Virus record (IMG/VR): IMGVR_UViG_3300027744_000020
Coordinates: 1 to 61,390 of that record
Origin: a virus
Lineage: Duplodnaviria; Caudoviricetes
Direction: 5' to 3' (one strand)
DNA: 61,390 nt
Shown here one piece after another: positions 53,106-61,390 of the stretch; position 1 is the stretch's first letter, and each line of letters starts with the position of its first letter. A program made the translations under genes and the position numbers. The notes under the pieces are model-generated. The model was not told the DNA's origin. It saw only the letters and a list, made by a program, of their open reading frames with translations, and made no database searches.

Positions 53106-56100
53106 ATTGGGCCATCAAACGCTCACGCTCTAGTTTCTTTTCCGACGGTTCCAGCAATTCAATTAATTGCGGATAGTACTTTTTGTCAATAGGCATACCA
53201 CGGTCGGATTTAATCTTGCGTTCCATTTGCTTTTTAATTGATTGCTTAATGTTGTCACCACCAATCATGTCGTAGGGGTTTCTGCTATTAAACTTAAATA
53301 TTTTGTCAAAGGCTTTTTCAATGTCTTCATCCGAACCTTTGTCCAACTCCCGCTCCAACCGGTCAAGTAAGCTGGTGCGTTCGCGTTTTACTTTTAAGAT
53401 TTCACCTTGCAATTGGAAGATTGCTTCCCGCCGAGCCACAAGTCCTTCAGTAGCGAAACCCATAGACTGAGCCAACAACTGCCCCTGAGTAAATTCCTCG
53501 GCTTCCTTGATAACCGCGCCTGATGTAGTAGTTGCTCCTTCTTGTGAATACCGATAAGCAGTAAGTGAACCGCGCACAAAAGCCGGGGATAACTGCTCGA
53601 TACCCTTCAAAATTTCCCCTCGGTTCAGCGTGTCAATGGCGTTAGGGATTTGTTTAAACATGATAGATGCGCTAGGGCCGAGCAAAGACATAAAGTATTC
53701 CTGCATAGCCGCAGCAGAAGTGGCCTGCTCTTTTACATCCGGCACCCACATGTTGTTCATGGACAAGCTACCGGAAATGTCGTAGCCAGTCATAGTGGCA
53801 ATCAAGCCTCTGTCTAAGACTTCATCCAATGTGTGATCTCCAATCTTAATGTTGCCAAAAGTTTGCGGTAGCCATATGTTGCGGAACCAAAACTCTAAGT
53901 CGCGGCCTTCTAATGGGTCGTCCTCGTCGTCCCCACGCATTGCATTCATCATGCCCTGAATTGCGCCCATAGCCATTGTTGCGCCGGGAATACCAACGTA
54001 ACCAGCAAGCGCGGTAGACATAGTCAACGTGCCAACCAACTGGGTCATAGCTTTAGCGCGATCTTGTGCATCAAGCCCCGCCAGCGCACGGTAAGCGTTA
54101 CGTATAAAGAACGTAGTTACAAACGTGGGGAACATCTTGAACTGAAGAATTGTGCGGCCTATAGGTTTTTGAGCGTCAAGTACAACTTCGCGTTCAGCGT
54201 TAGCCAGCAACCCGCGAGGGCGGTTAGATGCGTGATAGTTGCCCAAAGCTTCGTGGGTCTCGGCTTCGGCTGCACGTAAGGCTTCTTCGTGAGTGTACTT
54301 CTTGCCGGTTTCTTTGTTGATCTCTTTAGAATACATATCGTAGGAAGTCATAAAAGTCACTTCACGAATCATGCGCTCAGAGTGATGGAATAAGCTAGTC
54401 ATTACATTGCTGGCACTGCGAATAGTACGCAACGTAGTACCTTCAAGTTTGCTAGTCGGCGTATCTCGGCGGTTACCAAGATCGTAGGCCAACGTGTTGT
54501 CGCTGATGCCTCTGTCTGCCATGTACTGCGCAGCCAACTTTTGATCCTCAGTCAACTTAATCAAGCCGTTGTTTAGGTAGGAGGGGAACTCAAACGTGGT
54601 TGAGCCGTCTTTAGCTTGCCGACGAATACCGCTTGTGCCAAAAATAGCCATTGACTTAGCAAGAGCCTTACCAACTTTGATGGGATTAAACCCGTGATTG
54701 GATGTAAGCACTGGGCCAACAAATATTGGAAGCGCCGTTAACTGAGTAGCGGCGGTCTTGATCGAAGTCATCAACCACAAGTAGGCCGAGGAGTTCAACA
54801 GCGCAGAAGTTTTATAGCCTAAGCTGTCTTCCGAATCAGGGCGAACTTGCTGTTCGGCACGCATACGCATCTCAGAAACAAATTCACCGAGGCGTTCTTT
54901 GTCGGGGTTTCCTTCAAGCGTGTCGTTTGCACGTTCAAGCTCGTTCATGATGCGGGGGCCATATTTAATACGCGCCAATTGATTAGCCATGTTTGTGCCG
55001 GTCACCGCAAAGTTACGAGCAATGTCACCGCTAAAACCGGTAGTGCCTTGACGATGCATGTACTGTCTGCGGAAATTGCGGTCAGGCAAAGTCTGCAAAT
55101 ACATTTGATAGATTTCGTCTTTGAGCTTCTCGGCATCAATGCTGGTCATAGCAGAAACCGTATTACCAAAATCATCAATGACTTCTTTGCCAGCTTTTAC
55201 ACCCGCATCAATAGAGTTAAAGATTTCTTTTAACATACCGCTGGCATCTAAGTCCCGCTTACGCGCATCAGACAAATCGTTGCCTATGTCGATAACTTTA
55301 GATTCCTGCATCTCACGCAAGGATTCAGTGAAACCAGCCTCTTGCATTTGACGGACGCGTTTACGTAAAAACATGTTGCGATCAAAAGCGTTCTCAAACA
55401 TGTAGAATTCGCGGTTCACGCCCTTACCAATGCGCAACCAGTATTGGCCGTAACGCATCAATGGGAAGTACGGGTACAGCTTTTTGCCATCTTCGTATAT
55501 TTGTTTAATCTGAGCAATCAGTTTACCTTTGGGGGACTTGCCGTCTCCAGCGGTGCCAGCCAACTTTGAATTAGCAATCTGCTCTTCCAGCAACACATGA
55601 TATTGCTCGTGGTTGGCTTTATAAAAATCTCGGACTTGCTCATACAACTTTTTATTTGCGTCGGTCAAGCCATCCCACAACTTTTTCAAGTCGGCATCTT
55701 TAGTTAAATTGCCAGCTACAGTTGGGTCACGGTACAGCAACGTGGAGTAGTGCATCACATTAGCAAGACGCCGTAGTTGCTCGGGTGCGTTACGTGCCAA
55801 CTTTGCTAAGGATTCGGAGACGGGCACCATGTCCGCCGTAGCTTTATTACGCATAGCCGCCATATCACCGAGGTTTTGCCAAGACTCTTTAATACCTTTA
55901 ACGCCGAGGCGGTCGGCCCATTGAACTACGGCCTCTGTTTGCAACATAGGCAGTACTTGGCGCAGCTTAAAATTATCAAACCCAGCGTACATAGAAGACA
56001 GCGCGTCGGTTAAATCCTGCATACTGCGCAAGTTAACAAGCAGAGGCAAGTCTCGGATTATGTCGGCAAAGCTAGACGTTTCTATACGCTGAAGAATCTT

Positions 56101-59100
56101 GTTGGTCTTTGCTTTCTTCTCTTTAATAGCCGACGATATTTCTGCAAGGTTACCGCTACGCTTTTCTAAAGCTTCCTGTGCACGCATTAAAGGTGTCTTG
56201 CGTGCGGTCAACATGCTGTCGGTAATATTTACAATATCTGACAGTGCGCTGGTATGAGTTGCGTCCATGTTAAAAAACTGACGCACGTTGTTGATAAACC
56301 GAGTGAACAACGATTGTTTGAGATGCCCAGCAGTTTTCATCAAGAACTTTTGGAAGTCAGGGTCAGACATTGCGTAGGCAATAAACTCTCGTGGGTCTCC
56401 AAAGATATTGGCGGAAATTAAGTCTTCCATGAACTCAGGCAATGTGCCTGCTTCACGCATCTCGTTGACCCGGTCGGCGGTCAAGTTTATTGTTTTAATT
56501 AGGGCGTTGTACGCCACCGCCAAATCAGACTTGCGGTCAAATCCAGTTTGAAGCGCGTCAAGCGCCAAGTCCATTTTCTTGTTAAGCGCGGCGTGCAACA
56601 TCTCGTGCAGCACAGTGACGTTGTTAATACCTTGGCTTGGGCCTCCAGTCCTACCGCGCACAAACACAAATTTTTCGCCGGTAGCCACGATACGTAAGAA
56701 CAAACCACGAGACGCATCCCAATCGGCTTCTGCCCCACCTTCAGTGATTTGACTCGGCAGAACATCATCTTCTTCAATTACTTTGAAGTTGACATCTTTT
56801 ACAAAGGGTAACAAGCGTTGAGCCAAAAATCTTTGAAACGCATTACCGGTCTTGATAACATGACGCAAGGCTTGCTGACCATTTGTCATGTTGTTAAATC
56901 TAGTATCGGCTCGGCCAACTTTTACCTGCGTGTTAGCTTTAGATACTTGAGCAGCAATACCTTTTTGTACGTTCTCCAACTCCATTTTAGTAATGGCGGG
57001 ATTCTTTAATAGCTCGGCTGCTCGGTCACCCGGCTTAGTGCCTTTAAGGGAACGTGACAACAGTATCAAAGATTTGATAGCTTGGATTTTGCCAACACGT
57101 TTTGTTGTTTCGGCGGCGACTAAGTTTTCGTCCGAAGTAATTTTATCTTCGTCAATAGGAGCAAGGGCTTCATTAAGAGCGGCTTCAGCAGCAGCTACAG
57201 CTTTTTCATTTTCTTTGTAGTTTGCTGTTTGTTGTTTGCGGCGTTCATCGCTGGCGGCTTTTTTCTCGGGGGTTAAAGGTTTGCGGCCAACTTTACCCTT
57301 AGTTGTTTCTACTGTCTCTTCTTCAGCAGGCAGAGTTGTTATATCGCCGACGGCGTCTGCAATTTCGTTAGGTATCTCAGCTTCTTCAGCAATTACATCG
57401 TCTGACTTAGCAGCAGACTCAGTGGGGGCGGTTTCTTGAGTGGGGATTTCTTGGATTCTTTGCTTGCTTATTTCCTCGTCGTATGCCGCAACTGCTTTAT
57501 CAATTGTTGGCTGGTCGTTTATCCCCTGCTCACGCATAGAGTCTGGAAGGTTATCTCTGTACGCACCAATTGATTCTTCTAAAGATCCAAAGCTACCTTG
57601 GTCGGCTATTGCGCTATCTACGGAGCGTTTAGCAAATACAACGGGGTCTACTGCAATGGGCTGAGCAGAAAGCGTTTCTGTCTGAGCGGCTTGTTTAAAC
57701 GGGTCAACTATTGCAACGGGCTGTACCGTTTCTCCCGCCACAGTTCCTGTAACATCCGGTCTAGTAGAAACCACTCCACTTGGCTCAGCGATTCCAGTTC
57801 CTCCGGCGGTGGTATCTGTACTGGGCTGTCCAACCATTGGAACGCTTGCTCCACTTGTGCCGGGGATAGTCTGTCCAACATCTGGTTCTCCTTGAGTTGC
57901 CGCACGTTGTTGTATCTCCGTTTGTACCGCTTCGATGAGGGGTTGGTTTTGTTTGGCTTCAGGCTTAGCCAGTTGAAGTTCCAACGTAGCGGTCAGGTTT
58001 GTATCTGTCCAAGTATTGACGGGCGGGATGTATGGGATAGGGGCTTCGGTTGCCGCAGGGGTTTCAACGGCTGCTTCAGCGGGAGTGGGGGCTGGTGTTT
58101 GCTCGCCAACTTGATCTTTAGCTTGGTCTTCAACTTCTTTGGTAGCCGCTTCAATTGCACGATATTGCGCACTACCGGGATCAAGCCCCATGTCTTGGAA
58201 AGTTTGTTGAAATTGCGCTACGCGCTCAGGGTCAATATTAGTAATGCCTTGCTGGGTCAAATCAGCGGCAACTTTTTCAATTTCCAGTGGAGGCCGCTTA
58301 GGAGTTGCTGGTTCTTGGGTAGGCGCAGCTTCTGCTGCTCGACGGGCTTCCAAACCTTCACTCGCACCAGCAGCAGCGCCAAGTCCAGCACCTGCCAGAC
58401 CTTCCATAGTGCCCTGCCCCACAACACCGCGCATAGTGGGTACGTCGTAGCCTTCACGTTGAAGAGCTATATTTTGAGCTAATTGTTCTTGACCGCCTTG
58501 CGCAGCTTCACCTACAAATTCTTTAGCCCCTGTAACAGCCGCTTGTTTTTTGACACTATTTGTAATGATTTGCTTAGCTACTTGACGAGCTATTGCTGGC
58601 TCAAAACCCGTACTTGCGCCGATTGCGCCGAGAGCCGACCCCATCAAAATCTGATCTAAGTTTTCACCGTTGTAGTCTTGCGCAGCTTGCGCACGCGCTT
58701 CAATTTGTTCCTTGGGCATATTAGTCTTGCCAAGCTCTTCTTTGACCGCATCGTAGATAGTACCTTTAATCGTACCGGCACCCATAATAGAACCAACCCC
58801 AGCGCCAACAGCAGTAGCCGCAAGAGCACCTGCACCAAAAACAGAAGCACCTAAACCAGCCACGATAGCGGGGGCAGATGTGCCCAATGCGTTTACTAAT
58901 GTATCAATAGGGGCAATAGTGAAAGCTTTGATACCAGCTTTAACTTGATCTAAAACACCTTTGTCCTCGGCGTCTTTCATAATCCGAGAAATCTCAGCGG
59001 AATCCTTTTTAGACTGCGCACTATATAACTCACCAATATAATCTTCTACACCCTTAATAGATTTGGATACGTCGCTACCCGCACCAAAAGCGTCAGCAAC

Positions 59101-59295
59101 TAAACGCACACCAGTAGCCAAACCAGAAACCGCCTTTAAAGGTACGTCGGCAACGCTACGTAGGATTGATTGATCTTCAGGTTTTGGTTGTGGGGCAAAC
59201 GGGTCAACGATTTGCGGAGCAGGCTGCGCCTCAAAGGGGTCAACGATACCCCTCCGTTGCGGTTGTTGTGCCTCAAACGGATCAATAATGGCCAT
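53104..59295 (-). CDS. Large ejection / polyvalent protein with zincin-like motif
   Basis: 2063 aa. Gly/Ala-rich N-terminus, LHEMLH...EFIA, YFPL.R.G.Y, helical C-terminal region. Last gene of the virion module. Confidence 0.75.
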   Translation of the reverse strand: MAIIDPFEAQQPQRRGIVDPFEAQPAPQIVDPFAPQPKPEDQSILRSVADVPLKAVSGLATGVRLVADAFGAGSDVSKSIKGVEDYIGELYSAQSKKDSAEISRIMKDAEDKGVLDQVKAGIKAFTIAPIDTLVNALGTSAPAIVAGLGASVFGAGALAATAVGAGVGSIMGAGTIKGTIYDAVKEELGKTNMPKEQIEARAQAAQDYNGENLDQILMGSALGAIGASTGFEPAIARQVAKQIITNSVKKQAAVTGAKEFVGEAAQGGQEQLAQNIALQREGYDVPTMRGVVGQGTMEGLAGAGLGAAAGASEGLEARRAAEAAPTQEPATPKRPPLEIEKVAADLTQQGITNIDPERVAQFQQTFQDMGLDPGSAQYRAIEAATKEVEDQAKDQVGEQTPAPTPAEAAVETPAATEAPIPYIPPVNTWTDTNLTATLELQLAKPEAKQNQPLIEAVQTEIQQRAATQGEPDVGQTIPGTSGASVPMVGQPSTDTTAGGTGIAEPSGVVSTRPDVTGTVAGETVQPVAIVDPFKQAAQTETLSAQPIAVDPVVFAKRSVDSAIADQGSFGSLEESIGAYRDNLPDSMREQGINDQPTIDKAVAAYDEEISKQRIQEIPTQETAPTESAAKSDDVIAEEAEIPNEIADAVGDITTLPAEEETVETTKGKVGRKPLTPEKKAASDERRKQQTANYKENEKAVAAAEAALNEALAPIDEDKITSDENLVAAETTKRVGKIQAIKSLILLSRSLKGTKPGDRAAELLKNPAITKMELENVQKGIAAQVSKANTQVKVGRADTRFNNMTNGQQALRHVIKTGNAFQRFLAQRLLPFVKDVNFKVIEEDDVLPSQITEGGAEADWDASRGLFLRIVATGEKFVFVRGRTGGPSQGINNVTVLHEMLHAALNKKMDLALDALQTGFDRKSDLAVAYNALIKTINLTADRVNEMREAGTLPEFMEDLISANIFGDPREFIAYAMSDPDFQKFLMKTAGHLKQSLFTRFINNVRQFFNMDATHTSALSDIVNITDSMLTARKTPLMRAQEALEKRSGNLAEISSAIKEKKAKTNKILQRIETSSFADIIRDLPLLVNLRSMQDLTDALSSMYAGFDNFKLRQVLPMLQTEAVVQWADRLGVKGIKESWQNLGDMAAMRNKATADMVPVSESLAKLARNAPEQLRRLANVMHYSTLLYRDPTVAGNLTKDADLKKLWDGLTDANKKLYEQVRDFYKANHEQYHVLLEEQIANSKLAGTAGDGKSPKGKLIAQIKQIYEDGKKLYPYFPLMRYGQYWLRIGKGVNREFYMFENAFDRNMFLRKRVRQMQEAGFTESLREMQESKVIDIGNDLSDARKRDLDASGMLKEIFNSIDAGVKAGKEVIDDFGNTVSAMTSIDAEKLKDEIYQMYLQTLPDRNFRRQYMHRQGTTGFSGDIARNFAVTGTNMANQLARIKYGPRIMNELERANDTLEGNPDKERLGEFVSEMRMRAEQQVRPDSEDSLGYKTSALLNSSAYLWLMTSIKTAATQLTALPIFVGPVLTSNHGFNPIKVGKALAKSMAIFGTSGIRRQAKDGSTTFEFPSYLNNGLIKLTEDQKLAAQYMADRGISDNTLAYDLGNRRDTPTSKLEGTTLRTIRSASNVMTSLFHHSERMIREVTFMTSYDMYSKEINKETGKKYTHEEALRAAEAETHEALGNYHASNRPRGLLANAEREVVLDAQKPIGRTILQFKMFPTFVTTFFIRNAYRALAGLDAQDRAKAMTQLVGTLTMSTALAGYVGIPGATMAMGAIQGMMNAMRGDDEDDPLEGRDLEFWFRNIWLPQTFGNIKIGDHTLDEVLDRGLIATMTGYDISGSLSMNNMWVPDVKEQATSAAAMQEYFMSLLGPSASIMFKQIPNAIDTLNRGEILKGIEQLSPAFVRGSLTAYRYSQEGATTTSGAVIKEAEEFTQGQLLAQSMGFATEGLVARREAIFQLQGEILKVKRERTSLLDRLERELDKGSDEDIEKAFDKIFKFNSRNPYDMIGGDNIKQSIKKQMERKIKSDRGMPIDKKYYPQLIELLEPSEKKLERERLMAQ
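57708..57881 (-). CDS. Putative overprinted 57-aa gene nested in the large ejection gene
   Basis: AAGGAG SD 6 nt before ATG 57881, amphipathic helical product, overlaps a low-complexity linker of the host ORF. Confidence 0.5.
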   Translation of the reverse strand: MLDRLSPAQVEQAFQWLDSPVQIPPPEELESLSQVEWFLLDRMLQELWREKRYSPLQ

Positions 59296-59306
59296 GCCGA
59301 ACCCCT

Positions 59307-61390
59307 TTAATTGGCGTATTTTCGATTGTAGTAGGCAGCTAAGTCTGCGTCAGAAACACCGGGGTTTGCTTTTCTAGCCGCAGCCATGAACTCTTGCATA
59401 GAGGGTTTAACAACAGGAGCCGCAGCTTGTGGCGCGGCGGCAGGAGCAGCTTGAGAAGAAGTTGCCCTTAGTTCTGCAACTACGCCTTGGCGGATACGAG
59501 CAGCTTCTTCAGTGTTACCCTTTTGCACTGCTTTCATGTAAGGCATGTTGCTTTCCAATGCCTTATCCACCCTAAGCTCAAACTTGTCGTCTCTTACACC
59601 CGCAGCAGCTTCTCTACGAACATCAGATTGTTTCAAGTCGTTTGCAGCCATTCTTGCAGCTTCGGCCATTGTCTGTTTATTAGCTGGTTTGCCTTCTTCA
59701 AGCAGTGCAGCGTAGTTAATATTGGTCTGACGGGCCAAGTCGGTTTCTTTGGCAGCAGCCATTTTTGCTGTTTGAAGACTGGTTGCAGCGTTAACACCCG
59801 CAACCTTCAATGCGTTCTCACCTTGCAATTCAGTTCCAGCCAAACCACCTTCGAGTTGAGCAATCTTTTCTTGTACGCCAAGTTTCATCTTGAAAGCGTC
59901 TTGTTTTTGAGCTTCGGCTTTGTCTTCCAAAGACATAGCCTTGTTGACCATACCTTCTTTACGAGATTGCTGCGCGGTAGCCAGTGTAATTTCAGACTGG
60001 CGTAATTTGTCGTCGGCTTCTCTGTTTTCTTTCTTAAGCTTTCCAACTTCACCAATAAACATTTGTCCAGCTTCACCCAAGCCAGAAAGAAGTTGTTGCT
60101 TTTGATTTTCACCGGGTTTCTTGCTACGTGACAACAAACCTAAGCTTGCCATAGCAAAAGCAAGCCCTTTATCTTTTTCCATTTGATCCGCTAACCCAGC
60201 CCGTTTGGACTTAGTTTCTTCTAAGTACGGTTTTGTAACGTCCGCACCATACATTTTTTCAAGCATAGGTTGACGTGCAGCTACACCTTGTTCGTACTGT
60301 TCTGGGGTTTGTACCGCAGGTTGCTGATTCGCCATATCTTTTAATGAAGTCAGGCTACCTTCAAATCGTTTACCAAACGTACCACCACCAGCAAACGCAA
60401 CAACGCCCCCGCCAGCCATCATTTCTTCTTGCTGTTCTTCAGGTATCTGGTTAAACGCACCACCTAAACCGCCACGGATAGAAGCCCGCTCAGCCATCTC
60501 TGCATCAATCATGTTGGCCTGTTCAACATCACGCCGACTCAGTGCTGTTTCTTTAGCTTTTTGTAGTTGTTGATCGCTTAGTTTAGGCAAAATACCTTCG
60601 ACGTTTTGATCGCTCGTTACATCGCCACCACCAGCATACGACTTCATCAAGCCGCCTTCTTTACCAAACAATCCCGACTTACCAAAACCGTAAGCCGCGC
60701 CACCCAAGCCCGCTAATGTTTGAACCGCCCCGGGGCCTTGAGAATACATACTGCTTGTTGATTGCTGGCCCAGTGGCAAACCACGAATCATGTCGGACAT
60801 AAAGCCCAACTGTTTATACGGATAGTTCTGTTGGTTCAAGAAGTCTTGGTAAGCCTGATCCAAAGGACGCTGGGCTTGTTGCTGCATCTGACCGCCGTAT
60901 GCGCTTTGCAACTTGTTGATGTCCATGCCTTGCTGGAACTGCTGACCACCTAACTGACCAAGTTGACCCGCTGCCTGTAAGCCGGTCTGTAAGCCCTGCA
61001 TACCCAAACCAGCACCGTATTGACGTGACTGCTCACCCAGTTGTTGTGCAGATTGACCATATTGAGCGCCAAGATTAGCGGCCTGAAGACCCTGACCAGC
61101 ACCAAACTGACGGGATTGTTCAGCGGCATTCTGCGCTTGTTGAAACGCTTGTTGATTCGCCAGTTGAGCCTGTAAGTTTTGACCCGCGCCAAGTTGTTGT
61201 ACACCAAGGTTTGCCGCAAGGTTTTGACTGCCTACGTTGTAACCCATCTGTTGATTTGCCAAAGCTGCTTGCATTGCCTGTTGCGCGTTCAGGCCTTGTG
61301 TCTGTAACTGGGCCGCTTGGTTTTGTACCGCTGCCTGCTGTTGGTTGTTTAAATTAGCAAGAGCAGTCTGAAGACCTGTTTGTGTGCCAA
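59307..61390 (-). CDS. Gln/Gly-rich ejection (pilot-like) protein, 5'-partial
   Basis: Frame is open to the window edge (GTQTGLQTALAN...). Q-rich repeats, YQDFLNQQNYPYKQL, and YAGGG/MAGGG/FAGGG motifs. Confidence 0.75.
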   Translation of the reverse strand, partial: GTQTGLQTALANLNNQQQAAVQNQAAQLQTQGLNAQQAMQAALANQQMGYNVGSQNLAANLGVQQLGAGQNLQAQLANQQAFQQAQNAAEQSRQFGAGQGLQAANLGAQYGQSAQQLGEQSRQYGAGLGMQGLQTGLQAAGQLGQLGGQQFQQGMDINKLQSAYGGQMQQQAQRPLDQAYQDFLNQQNYPYKQLGFMSDMIRGLPLGQQSTSSMYSQGPGAVQTLAGLGGAAYGFGKSGLFGKEGGLMKSYAGGGDVTSDQNVEGILPKLSDQQLQKAKETALSRRDVEQANMIDAEMAERASIRGGLGGAFNQIPEEQQEEMMAGGGVVAFAGGGTFGKRFEGSLTSLKDMANQQPAVQTPEQYEQGVAARQPMLEKMYGADVTKPYLEETKSKRAGLADQMEKDKGLAFAMASLGLLSRSKKPGENQKQQLLSGLGEAGQMFIGEVGKLKKENREADDKLRQSEITLATAQQSRKEGMVNKAMSLEDKAEAQKQDAFKMKLGVQEKIAQLEGGLAGTELQGENALKVAGVNAATSLQTAKMAAAKETDLARQTNINYAALLEEGKPANKQTMAEAARMAANDLKQSDVRREAAAGVRDDKFELRVDKALESNMPYMKAVQKGNTEEAARIRQGVVAELRATSSQAAPAAAPQAAAPVVKPSMQEFMAAARKANPGVSDADLAAYYNRKYAN

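Noticed and set aside
57598-58482. 294-aa plus-strand ORF
   Set aside because: Antisense shadow of the large ejection gene with unnatural Cys/Ser/Arg composition
1-61390. Complete circular genome
   Set aside because: Joining the ends does not give the last ORF an in-frame start (the ATG at 5-3 is out of frame) and no terminal repeat is visible, so sequence is probably missing in the ejection module
1-61390. tRNA genes or stop-codon reassignment
   Set aside because: No cloverleaf seen in the few intergenic gaps, and genes pack tightly under the standard code using all three stops

Overview
The window is most of a ~61 kb tailed-phage genome with podovirus-like architecture: P22-type portal and nozzle, Mu gpT-like major capsid protein, ejection proteins, and no tape measure or sheath gene. 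It appears to be a linear fragment whose ends both fall in the ejection-protein module, and the last ORF runs off the right edge. The minus strand (1-31.0 kb and 53.1-61.4 kb) carries packaging, head, tail-fibre, lysis and ejection genes. The plus strand (31.4-53.0 kb) carries small early genes, a MoxR-AAA/vWA module and a replication module (PolA, Cas4-like nuclease, SNF2 helicase, SSB-like protein, primase-DUF927). I saw no integrase, tRNA, CRISPR array or reverse transcriptase. The most interesting signals are regulatory. (1) A candidate ~78-nt small RNA at 53028-53105 carries a seed complementary to an unusual GGAGCTAA(C) ribosome-binding site shared by four middle/replication genes. (2) Sixteen copies of the palindrome TAACA-N3-TGTTA cover the early promoters and also form stop/start gene junctions. 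(3) A second palindrome sits on two replication promoters. (4) A kissing-loop RNA lies downstream of the capsid gene. (5) A family of small basic late proteins shares a [MYFL]-[AKHN]-x-GG motif with the ejection proteins. All product calls come from motif recognition by eye, with no database searches.
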